Counted from the stretch's first letter, positions 36,138 to 45,876 are shown. The stretch is 64,000 nt of DNA from an archaeon (GCA_018697295.1 JABHTJ010000001.1:292-64291), one strand, 5' to 3'. The notes: generated from the sequence alone by a model not told the origin. Numbers and translations are program-made.

Positions 36138-36165
36138 TTTCCTCCAATGGAAATAAAGGTGATGG
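36138..36165 (+). promoter_or_regulatory. ORB-like origin recognition box 3 (more degenerate)
   Basis: TTTCCTCCAATGGAAATAAAGGTGATGG, preceded by (aattt)x4. Confidence 0.5.
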
Positions 36166-36241
36166 AATTATTCTTTCGATTATACTAATCTTTAAATAGA
36201 TTGAACCTAATTGTTTTTTATGAAAAAAAGAGTTGATAAAA

Positions 36242-37456
36242 ATGGGTGTTGAATTAGGAAATATTTTTGAATCTGCAATAAATAATAGTTTATTCTCTAA
36301 TAAAAGTGTCTTACAAGTAAGATATACACCAGATTCAATACCTCACCGAGATGAAGAGATTAAAAATATTGCAAGCATCTTAGCCTCAGCATTACGTGGA
36401 GAAAGGCCAAGCAACTTATTTGTCTACGGAAAAACAGGGACTGGAAAAACATTATCAGTACAATATGTTTGCAATGAATTAAAAAAAAAATCTGAGGAAT
36501 TAGAAGTAGATGTAAGATTTGAATATTTAAATTGTAAACTAAGGAAAGTAGCAGATACAGAATATAGGATTTTAGCAGCTTTGATTAGACAAATGGGTGG
36601 AGATATCCCAACAACAGGATTACCAACTGATCAAGTATGGTCTAGATTTATTGAATTAATTGATAAAAAAAAGCAACTAATAGTATTCATTTTTGATGAA
36701 ATTGACCAGGCAGTTAAAAAAATGGGAGATAATTTCTTATATACTATTACAAGGATTAATCAAGAATTAAATAATGCTCAAATTTCAATAATTGGGATTT
36801 CTAATAATGTGGTTTTTCTAGATGAAATTGACCCAAGAGTAAGATCTTCTTTAGGAGAAGAAGAATTTATATTTGATATTTATAATGCAAATCAATTAAG
36901 AGATATTCTAAAAGAAAGGTGCGATGCTGCATTCAAAAAACAAGTAGTAAGTGAAGGTGTAATTTCTAAATGTGCGGCTTATGCAGCTAGAGAACACGGA
37001 GATGCAAGAAGAGCTTTAGATTTGTTAAGGATTGCAGGAGAGTTAAGTGAAAGAGACTCTAAGAAAAAAATCAAAGAAGATTATATTGATTTAGCAAATG
37101 ATAAAATGGAAAAAGACAAAATTTTAGATATTGTAAAAGGTGAATCAAAACAATACCATGTAGTTTTATATGCAATCATGAATCTCATGAAAAAACACAG
37201 GGAAGAAGATTTAGGAAAAATTTATACTGGAGATGTATATAATGGTTATTTAGATATCTGTACTGAAACAAAAACTACAAATTTAACTCAGAGAAGGATT
37301 TCAGATTTAATTGCGGGAATAGATTTACAAGGACTCATAAACGCAAAAGTAATTTCTAATGGGAGGCATGGAAGAACAAAAGAAATCAAATTATCGATTC
37401 CTGCAAATTTATTAGATAAGGTTGAAGTCATTCTCAAAGATTCACTTTATATTTAA
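36242..37456 (+). CDS. cdc6: Orc1/Cdc6 replication initiator
   Basis: Walker A is VYGKTGTGKT and Walker B is IFIFDEID. AAA+ core followed by a C-terminal winged helix. The track ORF starts at TTG 36233; ATG is at 36242. Confidence 0.9.
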   Translation: MGVELGNIFESAINNSLFSNKSVLQVRYTPDSIPHRDEEIKNIASILASALRGERPSNLFVYGKTGTGKTLSVQYVCNELKKKSEELEVDVRFEYLNCKLRKVADTEYRILAALIRQMGGDIPTTGLPTDQVWSRFIELIDKKKQLIVFIFDEIDQAVKKMGDNFLYTITRINQELNNAQISIIGISNNVVFLDEIDPRVRSSLGEEEFIFDIYNANQLRDILKERCDAAFKKQVVSEGVISKCAAYAAREHGDARRALDLLRIAGELSERDSKKKIKEDYIDLANDKMEKDKILDIVKGESKQYHVVLYAIMNLMKKHREEDLGKIYTGDVYNGYLDICTETKTTNLTQRRISDLIAGIDLQGLINAKVISNGRHGRTKEIKLSIPANLLDKVEVILKDSLYI

Positions 37457-37476
37457 ATCCTATTCAAAATAACACT

Positions 37477-39156
37477 ATGGGCTCAGAAATATTAAAAACA
37501 TGTATGAAGAAAGGTTTTTTGTTAGATAAGGAGATGTTAGATTTATTTTCTGGATTAGAAGAGTCTCGCGGAATAGAAATTATTGAAGTCCTAGGAAGTG
37601 CAGGGATTAACGAGAGGGTGATCACAAAAAAAATTTTCACAAAACATCTAGAAAAATTTAAATATTTTTTAAAAGATTCCGAAAAAAATGAAGATATAAA
37701 TTCTTTATTTGAATCTTCAACCTTAAAACAAGCTTCAGAACAAACAAATCAAGATGAAGAAGAAAATTCAAATGAATTGAAAACTGGAAAAGTAAAATTA
37801 ATATCTGCGCCAGCATTTCCACAAAAAAAAATCGTAGTAAAAGATTTTGTCAACCATTTCAAATATCGCTATGAATCAATTAGATCCTTTCTAGAAAAAA
37901 AAGACTTCGATAACTTAACTTCTATTCGAAAAATTGGTCCAAACAGAGGAAGCTACACTATTATTGCAATGGTTTCTAATAAGAGGATAACAAAAAATAA
38001 AAATATTTTTCTTGAAGTAGAAGATTTGACAGGGAATACTCTTTGTCTAATCAATCAAAACAAAAAAGAGTTATTTGAAAAAGCAAGAAGTATATTAGTT
38101 GATGATATAATTGCAATTAATGTAACTGGAACAAACGAAATGCTTTTTGCAAATGATATTTTTTATCCAGAAGCAACAATTGAGGAAAAAAGATATTCTG
38201 ATTTTGATGAATATGTAGCATTCACTGGAGATATGCATACAGGTTCGAAGATGTTCTTAGAAAAAAACTTATTAAAATTTGTTAAATGGCTCAATGGAGG
38301 TGAAGGAGATTCCGAACAAAGAGAGATTGCAAGAAAAGTCAAATATTTATTTTTCACAGGAGATAATATTGATGGTGTTGGGACTTATCCTGGCCAAGAT
38401 AAAGATTTAGCTGAAAAAACTTCTATTGGACAATATAAAAAAGTTGAAGAAATTTTAAAACTAATCAGAAAAGATATCCAGATTATTATGTGTCCCGGCC
38501 AACATGATGCAGTCTGGATTGGTGAACCTCAACCACTAATTGGTGAACTATATGCACCTGGATTACATGAATTAAAAAATCTTCATTTAGTTCCAAATCC
38601 TGCACTTGTAGAAATCGATGGAGGGTTTAGAATTTTGATGTATCATGGGGCAAGCATAAATAGGTTTATCGATGAAATCCCAGAAATAAGAACAAAATAT
38701 GGACACATGGCTCCAACAATGTCTGTAAAGGAAATGGTAAAGAGAAGACACCTAGCCCCAATGCATGGATTAGTAGATTACATCCCTTGCGAAAATGAAG
38801 ATCCAATGGTGATTAAAAATATTCCAGATATAATTTCTACAGGGGATCAACACCGAGTAGAAGTAGCAAATTATAATAATATTCTTCTCGTCGCAGGTTC
38901 TTGTTGGCAGGCAACAACTTCTTTCGAAGAGAAAGTTGGAAACGTCCCAGACCCATGCAAGGTCCCATTATTTAATTTAAAAACAAGACAAATAAAAATT
39001 CTTGATTTTTCAGATGATTTAACACCTGTTGGAGATGAATCTCAAAATCAAACAGATAAAACTGGTTCAAAACCTCTTGTCCAAGTCCCTGTCCAAACAG
39101 CAAACAGTTCAAATTCAACTAAAACTACTGAAAATCTTCAGAAAAAAGACGAATGA
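37477..39156 (+). CDS. polB: DNA polymerase II (PolD) small subunit DP1
   Basis: OB domain plus calcineurin-like phosphoesterase motifs FTGDMHTGS, FTGDNIDGVG and PGQHD. Overlaps the DP2 start. Confidence 0.9.
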   Translation: MGSEILKTCMKKGFLLDKEMLDLFSGLEESRGIEIIEVLGSAGINERVITKKIFTKHLEKFKYFLKDSEKNEDINSLFESSTLKQASEQTNQDEEENSNELKTGKVKLISAPAFPQKKIVVKDFVNHFKYRYESIRSFLEKKDFDNLTSIRKIGPNRGSYTIIAMVSNKRITKNKNIFLEVEDLTGNTLCLINQNKKELFEKARSILVDDIIAINVTGTNEMLFANDIFYPEATIEEKRYSDFDEYVAFTGDMHTGSKMFLEKNLLKFVKWLNGGEGDSEQREIARKVKYLFFTGDNIDGVGTYPGQDKDLAEKTSIGQYKKVEEILKLIRKDIQIIMCPGQHDAVWIGEPQPLIGELYAPGLHELKNLHLVPNPALVEIDGGFRILMYHGASINRFIDEIPEIRTKYGHMAPTMSVKEMVKRRHLAPMHGLVDYIPCENEDPMVIKNIPDIISTGDQHRVEVANYNNILLVAGSCWQATTSFEEKVGNVPDPCKVPLFNLKTRQIKILDFSDDLTPVGDESQNQTDKTGSKPLVQVPVQTANSSNSTKTTENLQKKDE

Positions 39157-42100
39157 AAAGCAAATTAGATTATGAAGTTGCAAGCAAGAATCTAGAGGAT
39201 TATTTTTCCAACTTAAAAAAAAGTGTGGATGAGGAATATCGTATTGCGAATCTTGCGAGGGCAAAAGGATTTGATCCAGAAACTAGCGTTGAAATTCCTT
39301 TAGCAATGACGATGGCAGAAAAGTCTGTTGGATTAATTACTACGATTTATCCAGATTTACCAATAAAGGAGATCACAAAGAGAATGCTTGAATTAGAAAA
39401 AGAGTATGGTCAATTAGATACAACTGTAAGTTTTGTGATTGCAAAAGAAATTGCAGAAGGAAAATTTTACAAACCAAAAGATCAACTTGAAGGAATTGAT
39501 GCAGGGGTAAGGGTCGGTTTTGCATATCTCACTCTGGGAGTGGTTGCATCTCCAATCGAAGGTTATACTGGCATCAAACTTGGAAAGACGAAAGAGGGAA
39601 AAGATTATTTTATCGCAAGTTTTTCTGGACCAATAAGATCTGCAGGAACAACAGCGACATGCGTGGTCTTAATGTTAATAGATTTCTTAAGAGAACATTT
39701 TGGATATGCAAAATATGATCCAACAGAAGAAGAGGTAAAAAGATATGTAACTGAAAATACCGATTATCATGAAAGAGTGACCAATTTGCAATACTTTCCA
39801 ACCGAAGAAGAAATGCTTTTTTTAGCAAAAAATTTACCGATTCAAATTGCCGGAGATCCTACAGAAAAATTTGAAGTTTCAAACTATAAGGATTTGCAAA
39901 GGGTAGAATCAAATTTTATTCGTGGGGGGATGTGTTTGACATTCAGTGAGGGACTTGCACAGAAGGCTGCGAAAGGAGTAAACCGGTTAAAGAGTCCAAA
40001 AAAAAATGGTTTGAAATGTACTGGATGGGATTTTTTAGAGGAATATTTAGTAATCCATAAAAAAAGGGAAAAGGGTGGGGGAGATGTTGTTGCAACCTAT
40101 ATCAAAGATTTGGTCGCAGGAAGGCCAGTGTATGGACATCCAAGTGAATCGGGAGGATTTAGGTTTAGGTATGGGCGAAGCAGAGTGGCAGGATTCAGTG
40201 CAGTTTCAATTCATCCGGCAACAATGGGAATCACAAACGGATTTCTATCTCATGGAACTCAATTAAAAATTGAAAAACCGACAAAAGGATGCATAATAAC
40301 TTCTTGCGACCAAATCGATGGGCCAATTGTAAAATTAAAAGATGGCTCAGTCAAAAAAATAAATGATTTTGAAGAATCCAAAAAAATCTATTCGGAAGTT
40401 GAAGAAATAATCTATTTGGGAGATTTATTATTTCCTTTAGGAGACATAATTGATCGGGGGGCAAAGTTGCCTGCTCCAGGGTATGTTGAAGAATGGTGGG
40501 GTTTAGAATTAAATGAAAAACTAAAAATTACTGGAGAAAATATTGCTAATGTATTAGAAAAAGAATCTGGAGGTACAGATCTTTTTTTCAACATTTCTTT
40601 AGACAAGGCAATTCAAGTAAGTGAAAAATATTCACTCCCCCTATATCCAAAATATATTTTTTATTGGAAGGAGCTATCAACTGAACTTTTTAACGAATTG
40701 ATGAATTGGCTAAAAGAATCTATCTGGAGAACAGATATACAAAATGAATCTGAAAACACTCCAGGAAAATTAGTGCTGCCTTGGGAAAACCAAATAAGAG
40801 AAAAATATTCTAAGGCAAAAAGAGCGCTAGAGTTGGCAGGAATTGAACACCAAATAGTATTGGATAATATTGTCTTAGATAAAGACGCACTTCCACTTTT
40901 GGCAAATTTTGGCATACTCGATACAAAAAATCTAAAAGAAAAATTTGAAAATATTCTTGAAAAAAATGATAAAACACTCTCAAATCTAGAGAACATTAAC
41001 AGCTTTTCAAAATATTTAATTAAAGACAAGTCTGGTTCTTTTATTGGAACAAGGATGGGAAGGCCAGAAAAAGCAAAATTAAGAAAATTAACTGGAAGCC
41101 CAAATGCGCTTTTTCCTATTTCCAACCAAGGAGGAAGATTTAGAAGTGTACAAGAAGCCGTATCTGTAGGATATATAAAATCTGACTGGCCACTTTTCAA
41201 ATGCCTTTGTGGAAATGAAACAATTTTTTCAATTTGTGACGAGTGCGGACAAAAAACAAAGAAAATTTACTATTGTAGGGAATGTAAATCAAATAAAGAT
41301 AAGCCATGCGAAGAACACGAAGAGAGCTGTTTTACATTTTCTCATAGAAAAATAGATTCAAAAAAATATTTTGATTACTCTAGAGATTTATTAGGGTATA
41401 AATCTTATGATGTTCCTCCATTAATCAAAGGTGTTAGGGGGACGAGCAGCGATGGACACGACTTTGAACATTTATCAAAGGGAATTCTAAGGGCAAAATT
41501 TAATTTAGCAGTGAATAAGGATGGGACTATCCGTTATGATGGAACTGAGATTCCATTAACCCATTTTAGGCCAATAGAAATTCGGACAAGTGTAGAAAAA
41601 TTAAAAGAATTAGGATATCTTTATGATATTTATGGGAATGAATTGGGGGATGAAAACCAGTTAATAGAATTAAAACCTCATGACGTTGTACTTCCTTCTT
41701 GTCCAGTAACTCATGATGAAAAAGCAGACGACGTATTTTTTAATATAGCAAATTTTGTTGACGAAGAATTGTCAAAACTTTACAATCTTCCAAAATATTA
41801 TAATTTGAAAACAAAAGGGGATTTAGTTGGCCAATTAGTAGTATGCATGGCACCACATAATTGTGCAGGAGTTATCGGAAGAGTTATTGGTTTCAACGAT
41901 TTGCAAGGTTTGACTGCAAGCCCATATATGCATGCTGCAATGAGAAGAGATTGTGATGGTGACGAGGCGGCAGTAATGATGCTAATGGATGTGTTAATTA
42001 ATTTCTCAAGAAAATTTCTTCCAAGCCACCGTGGAGGGACTCAAGATGCACCATTAGTATTAAATGCGAGAATTAGGGCGGGAGAAGTTGACGACCAGAT

Positions 42101-42701
42101 TCTGACATTAGAAACGTGCGATCATTATCCACTAGAAGTTTACAAGTTAGCAGAGCAGGAAAAAGGTTCGGGAGAATGTGATATAGAGACTGTTCAAAAA
42201 AGGTTAGCAAATGGTATAAATCCTTTCATAAATACTGGATTTACGCACGATTCAACAAACTTTAATGTAGGGGTATTGAATGGGGCTTACAAAATTTTGC
42301 CGACAATGAAAGATAAGGTTGCCGGACAAATGGAATTGGTCACTAAAATAAGGGCAGTAGATACTGAAGATGTTGCAAGATTGATAATTGAGAGGCATTT
42401 TATCCGAGATATTAGGGGAAATCTAAGGAAATTTTCACACCAACAATTCAGGTGTGTAGCGTGTAATGAAAAATTTAGAAGACCACCATTACTTGGGGCA
42501 TGCACAAAGTGCAATGGAAAGATAATTTTTACGATAAGTGAAGGTTCTATTAAAAAATACTTAGATCCTGCAATGGATTTAGCAACAAATTACAATATTT
42601 CTCCTTACACAAGGGAGGGAATGGAATTAACAAAAATGTATATTGAAAGTATTTTTGGAAAAGACTTAGAAAAGCAAGTAGAATTAAAACAATGGTTTTG
42701 A
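39153..42701 (+). CDS. polC: DNA polymerase II (PolD) large subunit DP2
   Basis: 1182 aa with Zn-finger clusters (CLCGNE..CDECG; CRECK; CVACNEKF..CTKCNG). No intein-sized insertion. Confidence 0.9.
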   Translation: MKSKLDYEVASKNLEDYFSNLKKSVDEEYRIANLARAKGFDPETSVEIPLAMTMAEKSVGLITTIYPDLPIKEITKRMLELEKEYGQLDTTVSFVIAKEIAEGKFYKPKDQLEGIDAGVRVGFAYLTLGVVASPIEGYTGIKLGKTKEGKDYFIASFSGPIRSAGTTATCVVLMLIDFLREHFGYAKYDPTEEEVKRYVTENTDYHERVTNLQYFPTEEEMLFLAKNLPIQIAGDPTEKFEVSNYKDLQRVESNFIRGGMCLTFSEGLAQKAAKGVNRLKSPKKNGLKCTGWDFLEEYLVIHKKREKGGGDVVATYIKDLVAGRPVYGHPSESGGFRFRYGRSRVAGFSAVSIHPATMGITNGFLSHGTQLKIEKPTKGCIITSCDQIDGPIVKLKDGSVKKINDFEESKKIYSEVEEIIYLGDLLFPLGDIIDRGAKLPAPGYVEEWWGLELNEKLKITGENIANVLEKESGGTDLFFNISLDKAIQVSEKYSLPLYPKYIFYWKELSTELFNELMNWLKESIWRTDIQNESENTPGKLVLPWENQIREKYSKAKRALELAGIEHQIVLDNIVLDKDALPLLANFGILDTKNLKEKFENILEKNDKTLSNLENINSFSKYLIKDKSGSFIGTRMGRPEKAKLRKLTGSPNALFPISNQGGRFRSVQEAVSVGYIKSDWPLFKCLCGNETIFSICDECGQKTKKIYYCRECKSNKDKPCEEHEESCFTFSHRKIDSKKYFDYSRDLLGYKSYDVPPLIKGVRGTSSDGHDFEHLSKGILRAKFNLAVNKDGTIRYDGTEIPLTHFRPIEIRTSVEKLKELGYLYDIYGNELGDENQLIELKPHDVVLPSCPVTHDEKADDVFFNIANFVDEELSKLYNLPKYYNLKTKGDLVGQLVVCMAPHNCAGVIGRVIGFNDLQGLTASPYMHAAMRRDCDGDEAAVMMLMDVLINFSRKFLPSHRGGTQDAPLVLNARIRAGEVDDQILTLETCDHYPLEVYKLAEQEKGSGECDIETVQKRLANGINPFINTGFTHDSTNFNVGVLNGAYKILPTMKDKVAGQMELVTKIRAVDTEDVARLIIERHFIRDIRGNLRKFSHQQFRCVACNEKFRRPPLLGACTKCNGKIIFTISEGSIKKYLDPAMDLATNYNISPYTREGMELTKMYIESIFGKDLEKQVELKQWF

Positions 42702-42736
42702 ATTTAAAAAATAGCTGCTCTTTTAAACAATTTCAT

Positions 42737-43600
42737 TCACTTTTTTAAGCTTTTCAAACCAAAAGATTTTTTTATCACAATTCCTTTCTCTATTTCGAAC
42801 TGTTTTATGTCTCTTGAATGTTTTGTTCCCCTCATTTTCAAAATTTCAAGGTATCTTTTTCGCTCTTCTTTGATTCTCTGATAATAAACGAGTGTTAAAC
42901 TATCTGCCTGAAGTTCTGCAGGAGACATAACACCAATATTTCCAATAGAAACATCTTTTTGAATGGTTAAAATTGAAGTTAAATTCCAATCTCGAAGAAT
43001 ATCAAAAAACGAAATCACTGCCTGTCTCTGGGCAGAAGAATCATCGAACAAAAACAGAAAACTACTCATGCTATCAACAACTATTCGCTTTATTTCCTTA
43101 CGAAAGATAAGATTTTCAATCATACCTCCACCTTCATCTAACATTAATTTTATTTTTTCAGGTGAATATTCCAAATAAGTGAACTTTTCTTTCTTCTCTT
43201 CTCCTTCTAAATCCCACCCAAAACTTTTCATATTCTCAAAAAAGGTTTTTTTCGATTCTTCAAATCCAACATAGGCCACATTCTCTCCTTTTTTGATTCC
43301 CTCCATCAAAAATTCCATTCCAAAGATAGTTTTCCCACTTCCAGAACCTCCAACAACCAAATTAATTGAGTCCTGTAAAAATCCTCCTTGAATCATTTCA
43401 TCAAAAGCATGAACTCCGGAAGAAACACGCCCTTTTTTTACATTCTTTTTACTATCTGGTTTAGTTTTTGACAAATCAATCTTGCTTTTAACAAGCTTTT
43501 TCAAAGTTTTCTTTGATTTTCTCTTAGTTTCAATAGCTGGGCTCTTTTTTGATAAATTATTTTTTGATAATTTTTTTATTTTCCCCTTTTTCTCTACCAT
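42737..43600 (-). CDS. KaiC/RadA-like RecA-superfamily ATPase with Lys-rich N-terminal tail
   Basis: GGFLQDSINLVVGGSGSGKTIFGMEFL (Walker A), RIVVDSMS (Walker B-like), and an approximately 60-aa K-rich N-terminus. Confidence 0.7.
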   Translation of the reverse strand: MVEKKGKIKKLSKNNLSKKSPAIETKRKSKKTLKKLVKSKIDLSKTKPDSKKNVKKGRVSSGVHAFDEMIQGGFLQDSINLVVGGSGSGKTIFGMEFLMEGIKKGENVAYVGFEESKKTFFENMKSFGWDLEGEEKKEKFTYLEYSPEKIKLMLDEGGGMIENLIFRKEIKRIVVDSMSSFLFLFDDSSAQRQAVISFFDILRDWNLTSILTIQKDVSIGNIGVMSPAELQADSLTLVYYQRIKEERKRYLEILKMRGTKHSRDIKQFEIEKGIVIKKSFGLKSLKK

Positions 43601-43689
43601 AAGTATTCTTAGGAAGTAATGCTTTTAAGTTTTCCTAAATTTTCCTAGTTTATACAAAAATATTTAAAACAAATTCTCTTAAAACTATC

Positions 43690-43959
43690 ATGCCACCAAT
43701 CTCTGAAGAAAAAAAAGAAAAAATTTCCGAACAAATATTGCATTATTTATTTTCTATCTTTCCAAAACAAATTTTTACTTCAGAAATTTCAAAAGAATTG
43801 GCACGGGATGAAGAATTTATGAAACAATTACTTTTAGAGTTAGAAAAAAAAGGTTTAGTTCTCAAAATCATGAAAAATTCTCAAGGAATTAGTTATGTGA
43901 GGCGGCTAAGGTGGAGAATCTCAAATAAGGCCTACGATCTTTACAAAAATCATCAATAA
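43690..43959 (+). CDS. Small winged-helix DNA-binding protein
   Basis: 89 aa: FTSEISKELARDEEFMKQLLLELEKKGLV. Confidence 0.45.
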   Translation: MPPISEEKKEKISEQILHYLFSIFPKQIFTSEISKELARDEEFMKQLLLELEKKGLVLKIMKNSQGISYVRRLRWRISNKAYDLYKNHQ

Positions 43960-43990
43960 TCTTAATGCTATCTATTCCATAAGAATTAAA

Positions 43991-43998
43991 ATTATAAA
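43991..43998 (+). promoter_or_regulatory. TATA-box-like element (ATTATAAA) about 26 nt upstream of the ATG at 44020
   Basis: Sequence and spacing. Confidence 0.4.
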
Positions 43999-44019
43999 TC
44001 CTCTTTCTTTCTTTAGCTT

Positions 44020-44682
44020 ATGGATCCTATAAAATCTGCATTTTCTAAAATAAAGGAAGAAATCCTGAGTTTAAGGAGCGAAATATCTTCTCTCAAGCAA
44101 GATTTAGAGAATCTTCAGAAAACCTATAATCCTTCTATAAATCCTTCGCAAGAGGTCTCAAAAGACTTCAGACAGACAAACCAACAGACAGACAGACAAA
44201 AAAATATGCCTCTAGAGGGCCCATATCCTTCAAATAACTCATTTTCCATAGGAAATGGAGGGGTTCCAACAGACAGACAGACAAACCAACAGACAAACCA
44301 ACAGACACAAAACAATGAGGAAAATCTCTTGACGAGGGGCTTTTTTGAGTTTAAACAAGCAAATGAACTCTTCAACTCTTTAGACGATCTCAAGAGAGAG
44401 ACTGCTAATACGTTTAAACAGCTCACTACACAAGAACTGCTTGTTTTTACGACCCTATATCAATTCGAGAATCAAGGATTTACAAACATAACTTATCGCA
44501 CAATTGCACAATCGCTTAAATTAAGCGAATCTTCTATAAGAGATTATATCACTAAACTAGTCAAAAAAGGGATTCCAATCGAAAAAACTAAGGAAAACAA
44601 TAAAATAATCTTTCTTAGCATTGCACAAGACCTTAAAGAAGTGATTTCATTAGACACTATTTTGACCTTACAAGGTCTCTAA
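44020..44682 (+). CDS. Coiled-coil, low-complexity (TDRQTNQQ) and C-terminal wHTH protein; paralog 1
   Basis: N-terminal EEILSLRSEISSLKQDLENLQ. CAGA/CAAAC microsatellite-encoded QTNQQTDRQ tracts at 44169-44190 and 44270-44307. C-terminal LTTQELLVFTTLY..YRTIAQSLKLSESSIRDYITKLVKKG. Confidence 0.55.
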   Translation: MDPIKSAFSKIKEEILSLRSEISSLKQDLENLQKTYNPSINPSQEVSKDFRQTNQQTDRQKNMPLEGPYPSNNSFSIGNGGVPTDRQTNQQTNQQTQNNEENLLTRGFFEFKQANELFNSLDDLKRETANTFKQLTTQELLVFTTLYQFENQGFTNITYRTIAQSLKLSESSIRDYITKLVKKGIPIEKTKENNKIIFLSIAQDLKEVISLDTILTLQGL

Positions 44683-44738
44683 GGCAGATCTTTTCCCAAA
44701 AAGGTTATTTTACTTCTATTCATCTTCTTAATTGAGAT

Positions 44739-44975
44739 TTATTCGGTTAAACGAATAAAAGGGGCTAGACTCTCACACTCACTTTTCAAGAAAGTAAGCC
44801 TATTAAAACTCTCTTTTTCTCCTCAACCCCAAATCTCAATTATTTGGGTTAGTTGTACGTCTTTTTTCCTTCAAAACATTCTCTTTTTCGAAAAAATTAT
44901 TCTTTAACCCTCCTTTCTCTCACTTTTCTAAAAAATAAGGCTTATTTTTTAAGGATTTAACTCTCACTTTTCACT
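44739..44975 (+). repeat. Left arm of a long imperfect inverted repeat: palindrome TTATTCGgttaaaCGAATAA, then three CTCACTTTTC boxes (44778, 44919, 44963)
   Basis: Direct comparison with the reverse complement of 47269-47459: same four blocks in the same order. Confidence 0.7.
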
Positions 44976-45727
44976 TTTTCACTCTTTTTTCCTGCTTGAA
45001 CCTTTACTTTAAGGCTTTTGAGGATCATCGAGCGCTTTTCCTCAGGTATATAGAGCCTTTTCTTTCCAGTTATCTCTCGAGATTCCTCGATAAGATGCAT
45101 ATTTTTCTGTTTTATGGCGTTTATTTGCCCTCTAATCGTGCTTTTATCCTTTCCAAGCAGTGCTGCAAGGTCCTCATAACTTAGTTTCATCTCTGCGTTA
45201 ATGAGTGCCCATACAATTGCCCTCTCCATTACTGTCAATGTTGTTAAAATCTCTGTTTGAACGCCTGTTTGAACGCCTGTTTGAACGCCTTCGGAAAGTG
45301 TTTGTTTTACTGCGCTTGTTTGCTGCTGCTTGGACATCGACTTGGACATCGTGGGTCCAAAGAATGAAATGAAGTCTTTTATCTCCAATAAATCAGATTG
45401 TATCGACAAAATCTGGCTCTTAATTTCTTCCATTTCTGTCTGGCCAATTTTTGTTTTATCGTCGAAGTGAGTTATCCAATCCCCAACTTTATTAAAATCT
45501 TTCTTTACATGGCTAAAAGAATCTTGCACTTCGATCTTCAACTCATCAACCCTTTTTTTATTATTAAAAAATCCGAACATTGTAGTTAAAAATATCACTA
45601 AAACTATATAAGTCTTTTGGCTTGTTTGGACAACAAACGGGCAAAAACAGCAAATCAAACAGCAAATCATTAAAAAAATAGTTGTTTGTCCAAGAAATTT
45701 CACTATTTTGGTTTTCTTAAACAACAT
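44957..45727 (-). CDS. Two-TM, coiled-coil, low-complexity (GVQT)x3 and C-terminal wHTH protein; paralog 2
   Basis: EMEEIKSQILSIQSDLLEIKDF coiled coil. wHTH is LTVMERAIVWALIN..SYEDLAALLGKDKSTIRGQINAIKQK. Confidence 0.55.
   Translation of the reverse strand: MLFKKTKIVKFLGQTTIFLMICCLICCFCPFVVQTSQKTYIVLVIFLTTMFGFFNNKKRVDELKIEVQDSFSHVKKDFNKVGDWITHFDDKTKIGQTEMEEIKSQILSIQSDLLEIKDFISFFGPTMSKSMSKQQQTSAVKQTLSEGVQTGVQTGVQTEILTTLTVMERAIVWALINAEMKLSYEDLAALLGKDKSTIRGQINAIKQKNMHLIEESREITGKKRLYIPEEKRSMILKSLKVKVQAGKKSEKVKSES
45253..45288. repeat. Perfect 12-nt tandem repeat x3 (ctgtttgaacgc) inside the CDS, encoding (GVQT)3
   Basis: Direct reading of the sequence. Confidence 0.9.
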
Positions 45728-45807
45728 CTAAACAACACATAAACACTTAGACTTCTCTTCGATAAAAAAATAATCTCACTAATAAAATACTTTTTAATAA
45801 AATTCTC

Positions 45808-45876
45808 TGTCCAAACAATAAAAAACCTTGAATTTTCACTGTCCAAACAACCAATAGAATACTCTTTGTCCAAACA
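45808..45876 (+). repeat. Three direct TGTCCAAACA boxes (45808, 45840, 45867), iteron-like; an inverted copy lies at 45623-45632
   Basis: Direct reading. Spacing is 32 and 27 nt, in an approximately 820-nt region without an intact ORF. Confidence 0.7.

Larger units (their letters stand above)
35789..36165. other. Predicted chromosomal replication origin (oriC): inverted ORB-like boxes flanking an AT-rich unwinding element, directly upstream of orc1/cdc6
   Basis: Lies within the roughly 580-nt non-coding region 35662-36241. Three boxes match the archaeal ORB core TTCC-n-GGAAA-n-GGGGT, around a (TATAA/TATATAA)n tract. Confidence 0.7.

Noticed and set aside
39153-42701. A possible intein in the PolD large subunit, as found in some archaea.
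   Set aside because: The length (1182 aa) is typical of an intein-free DP2, and I saw no intein block motifs or homing endonuclease insert.
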